DNA of 64,000 bases from a virus. Taxonomy: Duplodnaviria; Caudoviricetes. The notes beneath the pieces were generated by a model. It saw nothing but the letters and a program-made list of their open reading frames with translations. It searched no databases and had not been told where the DNA came from. Shown in pieces: positions 58,757 to 64,000 of the stretch. The translations under genes and the position numbers were made by a program. The stretch is taken from the IMG/VR virus record IMGVR_UViG_3300048998_000202. One strand, 5' to 3'. The stretch's first letter is position 1, and each line of letters begins with the position of its first letter.

Positions 58757-59410
58757 CTAGCGGTCGGTCGCGTTGACGAACATGGCCAGGATGCGGCTGG
58801 TGCTCAGCGTCATGGAAGAGCCGGTGGGCGAAGCGGTGATCTGGATGCCGACCGAGTGGGAGCCCGCGCTGATGTTGCGTACGCCCAGGACCGGGATGGT
58901 CGTGGACCAGTGACCGGTGCCGAAGGTGGAGTTGTCGGGCCAGTTGGTCAGGACGTACTCCGCCATGGTGGCGTCGAAGGCCGACACCGCGCCGTCGATC
59001 AGGATGCGGTTGGTACCGCCGATGAAGCCCCGGGTGGGCAGGCTGAACTCGTTGGTACCGATGCACAGCAGGCTACCGGGCCGGTTCACGGTGAAAGTAC
59101 CGATGGTGTAGCTGACGACGGTGTTGTGGTTGATGGTGGCGTTGGGCCGCAGAGCGCCCCACCACACGGCCGGGCCGTAGAGCATCTCGCGCCAGGTGGT
59201 GCCGTTCCACATCAGGGTACGGCGGGTGTCCGTCTCGATGATCTGCATGCCCGTCTGGCCCGCACCCCAGGACGGCCGGGTGGTGGACGTGCATATCCAG
59301 TCGCCCGTGTGCTGGTCCAGGATGTTGAAGTTCTGGACGAAGTCGGTCCGCAGGAACGGGTCCGACCCGTCGGGGATCTTGATCCCCATGTGCTGGCTGG
59401 TGGTGGACAT
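58757..59410 (-). CDS. virion structural protein
   Basis: CTSTTRPS..GMQIIETDT motif seen in actinophage minor structural proteins. Confidence 0.55.
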   Translation of the reverse strand: MSTTSQHMGIKIPDGSDPFLRTDFVQNFNILDQHTGDWICTSTTRPSWGAGQTGMQIIETDTRRTLMWNGTTWREMLYGPAVWWGALRPNATINHNTVVSYTIGTFTVNRPGSLLCIGTNEFSLPTRGFIGGTNRILIDGAVSAFDATMAEYVLTNWPDNSTFGTGHWSTTIPVLGVRNISAGSHSVGIQITASPTGSSMTLSTSRILAMFVNATDR

Positions 59411-59437
59411 CCGCTCCCGATCCTCTCGTGGTGACCT

Positions 59438-59471
59438 TCACCCCTTCCGGGGCGACCTGCGGTAGCCGACA
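59438..59471 (-). promoter_or_regulatory. candidate late promoter TGTC-N20-GAAGGGGTGA
   Basis: Upstream of 58757-59410. Confidence 0.7.
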
Positions 59472-59503
59472 GGACCGGTCGGGGCGACTACCAATAGATG
59501 TGC

Positions 59504-59540
59504 GAGGAGCCCCGTACGTCAGGTTCGTACGGGGCTCCTC
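59504..59540. terminator. hairpin downstream of the FN3 gene
   Basis: GAGGAGCCCCGTACG...CGTACGGGGCTCCTC. Confidence 0.6.
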
Positions 59541-59550
59541 ACGTCCGACA

Positions 59551-60936
59551 TCAGGAAACGGTGACGTTGCCCGACGCGGCGGAGGTGGTCGTGGAGACCG
59601 ATCCCTGGGCCCCCACGGTGGCGGTGTCCACATGGCCGGTGGTCAGCGCGGTGAAGTCGTTGCTCAAGACGTTGCCCGCCACGGTGTGGACGGTGGTGTC
59701 CTGGCCTCCCAGGGTGACGATGTAGTTGATCGGGGCGCCCGAGGACGGTGCGGACCACACGACGTGGATGGTGCCCGCCGACGGGCTGGTGACCGTCGGG
59801 GCCGCCGGGGCGGTGGGCTTGCCGAAGGCCGCCGAGGCACTGGAGGTGGCGTTGGCGACCGCGCCGTTGGAAGTGACCGTGGCCGTGATGGCGGTGGCGC
59901 TGGCGACTCCGGTGAAGGTGGTCGTCAGAGTCCCGGCGGCCACGGTCTTGGTCTGGCCGGACGACAGGGTCACCGTGTAGCTGAGCACGGTGCCGCCGGA
60001 CGTCGGGGCGACCCAGGTGGCCACCACGCCGCCCACGGTGGCGTTGCCGGACAGGACGACGCTCGTGGGGGCGCCGGGGCGACCCTGGAGGCCGGAGCCC
60101 GACTTGATGGTGCCGTCGGCGCCGTAGATGGGGTTCTGGGCCCAGTAGGGGTCCAGGCCGCCGGGCTTGCCGACGTCCGGCTCATCCGGGTTGTACGGCG
60201 TCACGGAGGCCGAGGCGGTGCCCAGCGGGCCGTTGCCGTTGCGGTTCCGGGCCAGCACCTGGAAGGTGTACGCCTGGTCGGGGACCAGGTTCTGGACGGT
60301 GACGGTGGTGACGCCCCGGCCGGTGTAGGTGGTGCCGCCGGTCGAGCCGACCACCACGTATCCCAGGACGGGCGCGGTGGCATGCGGGTCGGCCACGGTG
60401 GCCCACGTGACGCTCGCCGTACGGGCTCCGGCGGCCACGGTGGGGGTACCGGCGGGGGCGACCGGTACGAGGGCGCTGACGGGCCCGATGGCACCGATGT
60501 TGCCCGACTCCAGGGTGCCGCTGAGGTTCTGGGCGTAGTCGGTGCGCACCGATCCGTCGGAGATCGGGGTGTCGGTCCGAGTGGTGTCGGCGCCTCCTGC
60601 GGCGCCCACGAGGCCGACGGTGAGGGTCGGGGCCCGGTACGCCTGGGTGACTCCGGAGGTCTGGGGCCAGCCGATCATGCCGGTCTCGACGGTGCCCGCC
60701 AGCAGAGGCGGAGGGGTCGGGGTGTACGGGCCGTTGGTGGCGTTGGTCGCTGAGGTGTCCGGAGTGCCGGTCAGCGTGCCACCGGTCTGGACGTTGCTGC
60801 CGCCGCCGCCAGCGCCGGAGTTGGCGGTGTCGGTGTTGGACGCGCGGTCTTGGGTTCCACGGGGGGCAGCACCGGCATTTCCGGTCACACCCTCGGTGTC
60901 GATCTCCTGACCCGAGTATCCGGGCGGTGTGGTCAT
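59551..60936 (-). CDS. fibronectin type III-domain virion protein
   Basis: ASVTW..VLGYVV..NLVPDQAYTFQVLARNRNGNG plus two further FN3-like repeats. Confidence 0.8.
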   Translation of the reverse strand: MTTPPGYSGQEIDTEGVTGNAGAAPRGTQDRASNTDTANSGAGGGGSNVQTGGTLTGTPDTSATNATNGPYTPTPPPLLAGTVETGMIGWPQTSGVTQAYRAPTLTVGLVGAAGGADTTRTDTPISDGSVRTDYAQNLSGTLESGNIGAIGPVSALVPVAPAGTPTVAAGARTASVTWATVADPHATAPVLGYVVVGSTGGTTYTGRGVTTVTVQNLVPDQAYTFQVLARNRNGNGPLGTASASVTPYNPDEPDVGKPGGLDPYWAQNPIYGADGTIKSGSGLQGRPGAPTSVVLSGNATVGGVVATWVAPTSGGTVLSYTVTLSSGQTKTVAAGTLTTTFTGVASATAITATVTSNGAVANATSSASAAFGKPTAPAAPTVTSPSAGTIHVVWSAPSSGAPINYIVTLGGQDTTVHTVAGNVLSNDFTALTTGHVDTATVGAQGSVSTTTSAASGNVTVS

Positions 60937-60964
60937 GGTGCTGCTCCCTCGGGGACTCGGTGTA

Positions 60965-61585
60965 CTACTGCTTTGCGGCGGTGGAGGACGAGGTGGTCTT
61001 CTTCGCTGCGGTCTTCTTGGCGGGAGTCGCTTCGCGGCGCTCCTGGCCCTTCTGGGCGGCTACGGCCTCGTCCTGCGGGTTGGAGGCCCCGGCGATGACC
61101 TGCTGCCCGTAGGACTCGCTCTGGCCGCTGTCAGGGACCTGGGTGATTCCGGCGTCCACTCCGCTGGCGTCCCCCGCCACGTTGGGACTGCGGGGAGCGT
61201 CCGGGGCCGCCCCGGTGTCGTTCCCCGGCGCGATGATGTTCCCGCCGTGCTCGGGGACGCCGCCGTTTTCGACGGTCTGCTGCGGGAGGTTCTGGGCGAC
61301 GGCGGTGGCCTCCTCGTGCTTGAGCAGGCCGCGCACCTCCTCCACGATGTCGGCGGTGCGCTCGCGCACGACGGCCTCCACCTTGGCCACGACCCGTTCC
61401 ACATCACCGAAGATGCGAGTGGTGCCGGACACGCGCTCGTTGTGGCCGCCGCCGGTACCGGAGGTCTCCAGGGTGCCGGTCATGGCCGTAGGGTCCGGGA
61501 TGTGATCGACGGATTCCTGGTAGCCAGTGGCCGCCGGGGAGTCCTCCGGGATCTCGGAGTTCTGGTTCTCAGGCTGTTCTGTCAT
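60965..61585 (-). CDS. hypothetical low-complexity protein
   Basis: ORF with PAKKTAAKKT tail. Confidence 0.6.
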   Translation of the reverse strand: MTEQPENQNSEIPEDSPAATGYQESVDHIPDPTAMTGTLETSGTGGGHNERVSGTTRIFGDVERVVAKVEAVVRERTADIVEEVRGLLKHEEATAVAQNLPQQTVENGGVPEHGGNIIAPGNDTGAAPDAPRSPNVAGDASGVDAGITQVPDSGQSESYGQQVIAGASNPQDEAVAAQKGQERREATPAKKTAAKKTTSSSTAAKQ

Positions 61586-61598
61586 GTGTCGCCCCTTC

Positions 61599-62135
61599 TC
61601 AGTCGCGCTCGCGGTTGCCGATGTTCACTCGGACCCACTTGGTCTTGGCCTGCTCGCCCGTGGTGTCCACCTCCGGCACGTACTGAAGCGCGAGCCCCTT
61701 GTGGCGGGGGCACAGCGGGGGGATGTCCTTCAGCAGCTTCTCGGAGATGGCCACGGCTTCTTCACAGGTACCGATGCCCCGCGAATCCGGGCCGACGCAG
61801 AACGCGCTGACGGTGTCCCGGCTGGTCGGCTTCTCGATCGTTGCCTGGATGTTCTCCTTGGCCCCGTCCTGACGCCGACGGAAGGCGTCCACCTGACGGC
61901 TCAGAGCCTCGACCACCTCGGGGTCGGACTCCTCGTCCATCAGCTCCACGACGCCACGGGCCAGGGCGCGCTTGAACGCGACCGACTCCAGGACGGCTTC
62001 GGGGATGTACTGGATGTCGTCTCCGGAGGGGTCGCCGCTGGCGGCCCACTCCACGGAGTGGGTCCCCTTGACGTCCGAGGCGAGGACGGTGACGCCGTCC
62101 ATCAGGTTGCGGGCAACGATCGAGCCGACAGGCAT
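61599..62135 (-). CDS. hypothetical protein downstream of the capsid gene
   Basis: 178 aa ORF with C..C..CPRH motif. Confidence 0.65.
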   Translation of the reverse strand: MPVGSIVARNLMDGVTVLASDVKGTHSVEWAASGDPSGDDIQYIPEAVLESVAFKRALARGVVELMDEESDPEVVEALSRQVDAFRRRQDGAKENIQATIEKPTSRDTVSAFCVGPDSRGIGTCEEAVAISEKLLKDIPPLCPRHKGLALQYVPEVDTTGEQAKTKWVRVNIGNRERD

Positions 62136-62196
62136 GAGGGTCTCCGTTCGTGAAGGTCTTCTCGTCCTTTACGCGGAGTCGTCACGGGTCCAACAG

Positions 62197-62237
62197 GAAA
62201 GGCCCCGGCCCGGGGGTACCGGGGCCAGGGCCTTTCG
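62197..62237. terminator. hairpin
   Basis: GAAAGGCCC...GGGCCTTTC. Confidence 0.5.
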
Positions 62238-62358
62238 TGGACGATCGGCGCCACGACTCAGGTCCGTGGGGGACGGAAGGAATCGGCGCCGCCTCGTGCA
62301 CGGGGAGCGTGGCACGGTGGGGTAGACGCTGTCAAGGCGAATGTGTTCCACTGGAGAG

Positions 62359-62598
62359 ATGGAAGATCAGCACACGATGCAGACAGACACCCCCACCGAC
62401 GACCTGAAGCTGTACGGGATCTCCGAGCTGGCGGATCGCTGGAAGGTCTCTAAGCAGCGGGCTGACGAGATCGCCTCCAAGCGCCTCCCACAGCCCCTCA
62501 CGCTCAAGATGGGCCGCATCTGGACAGAACTCCAGGTGGAGAACTTCGAGAGAGGGTGGGTCCGTAAGACGGGGCGTCACATCGTCCCCAGGACTTGA
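62359..62598 (+). CDS. small AlpA/excisionase-like HTH protein heading array E
   Basis: LYGISELADRWKVSKQRADEI..LPQP..GRIW...VE; GGAGA RBS before ATG at 62359. Confidence 0.75.
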   Translation: MEDQHTMQTDTPTDDLKLYGISELADRWKVSKQRADEIASKRLPQPLTLKMGRIWTELQVENFERGWVRKTGRHIVPRT

Positions 62599-63362
62599 TA
62601 TCGTCAGGGGTTACTGGGCTCGGCAGGGCTAGGTAGGGCAGGACTGGGCACGGCATGGGAGGGGCTTCCTACGGGGAGCCCCTCAGCCGTTGACAGGCGC
62701 TCTTGGGAGTGACAGAGTCAGGTCTTGCAGGACCACACGTGGGCGTGTGGAGAAGGGGCGCTTCTTCCAGGAGGCGCCCCTTCGTCGTTTGACAGACCGG
62801 CACGGGGGTGACAAAGTCAGGTCTTGCATGATGGGAAGGACACACGGTTGGTTTCTGAGGCCGGAACCGTGTGGATGCGATCGGCCCTCAAGGCCGTGGA
62901 CGCGTCCGAAGGCCCCCTCTGAAGATTCCTGGAGGGGGCCTTCGTTCGTTTGACCGGACGACATTAGGGCTGACAGGGTCAGTTCTTACAGGGCACCGTC
63001 TGGTTGGGCACGGTAAGGCATGGTGGGGTAAGGCACGGCTGGGCAGGGGAGGGCGACCATCTTCGGATGGTCGCCCTCAGCCGTTTGACAGGTGCGGGTG
63101 GAGCTGACAGAGTCAAGTCTTGCAGGGCCGGGCCCGGTAGGGCGTGGTTTGGCGTGGTGTGGTTGGGCAACGCATGGCATGGCATGGCAGGGGAAAGGCC
63201 CCAGGATTTTAAAATCCTGGGGCCTTTCGTTACGCCCTGAAGGAACTGATAGAGTCATGGTCTCGGCAGGCCGAGGCTAGGTAAGGCACGGCGGGGCAAG
63301 GCACCGCCCGGTAGGGCAAGGCATGGGGAAGGCCCCCTCGGATTCTCCCGAGGGGGCCTTCC
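62596..63362 (+). ncRNA. array E: six tandem cassettes (E1 62596-62684, E2 62690-62783, E3 62789-62943, E4 62950-63078, E5 63085-63228, E6 63247-63362); E2 and E3 lack pentamers
   Basis: Repeating promoter-like head, 8-13 GGY-NN pentamers and GC hairpin. Confidence 0.88.
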
Positions 63363-63387
63363 GTTGTCCTGAAGCGACTACTCTCCG

Positions 63388-64000
63388 TCACGCCTTGGTG
63401 ATCGTCGCGATGCCCCTGGGGTTCAAAATGGACATATTGACCATTTCGTCAAATACCCATCCCTTCCAGAAGGCTTCGACCATGTGGTTCTCTTCCACGT
63501 CCAAACTGTACAGAACGGGGAAAACGCCCAAGAAGTTGGGCTCCGGGGTGAGGAAGACCTTGCCCTGCGGGACGATGATCGACCGCTGGATCTGGAACTC
63601 GCCGAACGAGGTGATGGTCTCGCCCGCGACGACCCGGTCCTTGAAGGCCCAGCCCGTCTGGTTGATGTCCCACCGGTACAGGTCCCGGAAGTCGAACGGG
63701 TTGATCAGGATCCGCGCCGACTGGAGCTCGTGCATGTCCGTCATGGCGACGGCCGAGTACAGCGAGCCCGGCGTCAGGTAGCCCGACGCCTCGGTGATGT
63801 TGTGGTTCGGGGTGACCGTGTGGTCCGGGCGGGTGGCGTAGTCCGTCAGCGCCGCCTGGAGCAGTACGAGCAGCCGGGTGTCCTCCTGCTTGAGGATCGC
63901 CTGCTTGGTCTCGTCCTGGGCCTGCTCGACTGCGTTGATACGCAGGTAGAACAGGTCCTCCTTGCGGATCGCGGGGCGCGAGGCGATACGGAAGAACCGC
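63388..64000 (-). CDS. major capsid protein (5' end outside the window)
   Basis: Open frame to the window edge: FRIASRPAIRKEDL..NAVEQAQDETKQAILKQED..IVPQGKVF..GWVFDEMVNMSILNPRGIA, an HK97-fold capsid pattern. Confidence 0.85.
   Translation of the reverse strand, partial: RFFRIASRPAIRKEDLFYLRINAVEQAQDETKQAILKQEDTRLLVLLQAALTDYATRPDHTVTPNHNITEASGYLTPGSLYSAVAMTDMHELQSARILINPFDFRDLYRWDINQTGWAFKDRVVAGETITSFGEFQIQRSIIVPQGKVFLTPEPNFLGVFPVLYSLDVEENHMVEAFWKGWVFDEMVNMSILNPRGIATITKA

Noticed and set aside
62160-62196. Seventh late promoter
   Set aside because: TGTT...AAAGGACGA deviates in both boxes and in spacing
62683-63280. Short ORFs over the arrays (e.g. 62979-63185, 63004-63240, also 57423-57686)
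   Set aside because: They are translations of 5-nt periodic repeats and hairpins, with no RBS or codon bias
1-64000. tRNA/rRNA genes, integrase or att site
   Set aside because: None recognised by eye; lifestyle cannot be determined from this window

Overview
A 64 kb segment of a large, high-GC actinobacterial (probably Streptomyces-type) contractile-tailed phage, almost entirely encoded on the minus strand. The left third (1-22.7 kb) is a replication/recombination module: RecA-like recombinase, DnaE, SSB, primase, DnaB, DnaC-like loader, 5'-3' exonuclease, DinG and SNF2 helicases, and an antirepressor. The rest is virion morphogenesis: tail fibres, baseplate, tape measure, chaperone with a -1 frameshift, tube, sheath, neck and the C-terminal part of the major capsid protein. 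The outstanding feature is a candidate RNA-guided system. A RAMP/Cas7-like gene (56719-57297) with a partner gene sits next to one of two arrays of self-contained promoter-small RNA-hairpin cassettes. There are 14 cassettes at 6 loci, and 11 of them are built from GGY-NN pentamers. Read antisense with every third target base skipped, the NN dinucleotides spell codon positions 1-2 of sensible peptides. One spells FLGVFPV[F/L]YSL[D/E], which is present in this phage's own capsid protein, but the phage's own gene mismatches the guide exactly at its Leu/Ser codons (apparent self-avoidance). Another spells a helicase motif-III peptide ([F/L]RLY[I/M]TATP). Three further cis-motif families were found by eye: a TGTC-N20-GAAGGGGTGA late-promoter candidate, a CTCCAA-N6-TTGGAG operator, and ten TTTTAAAA palindromes. 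All product calls are from motif recognition only; no searches were run.
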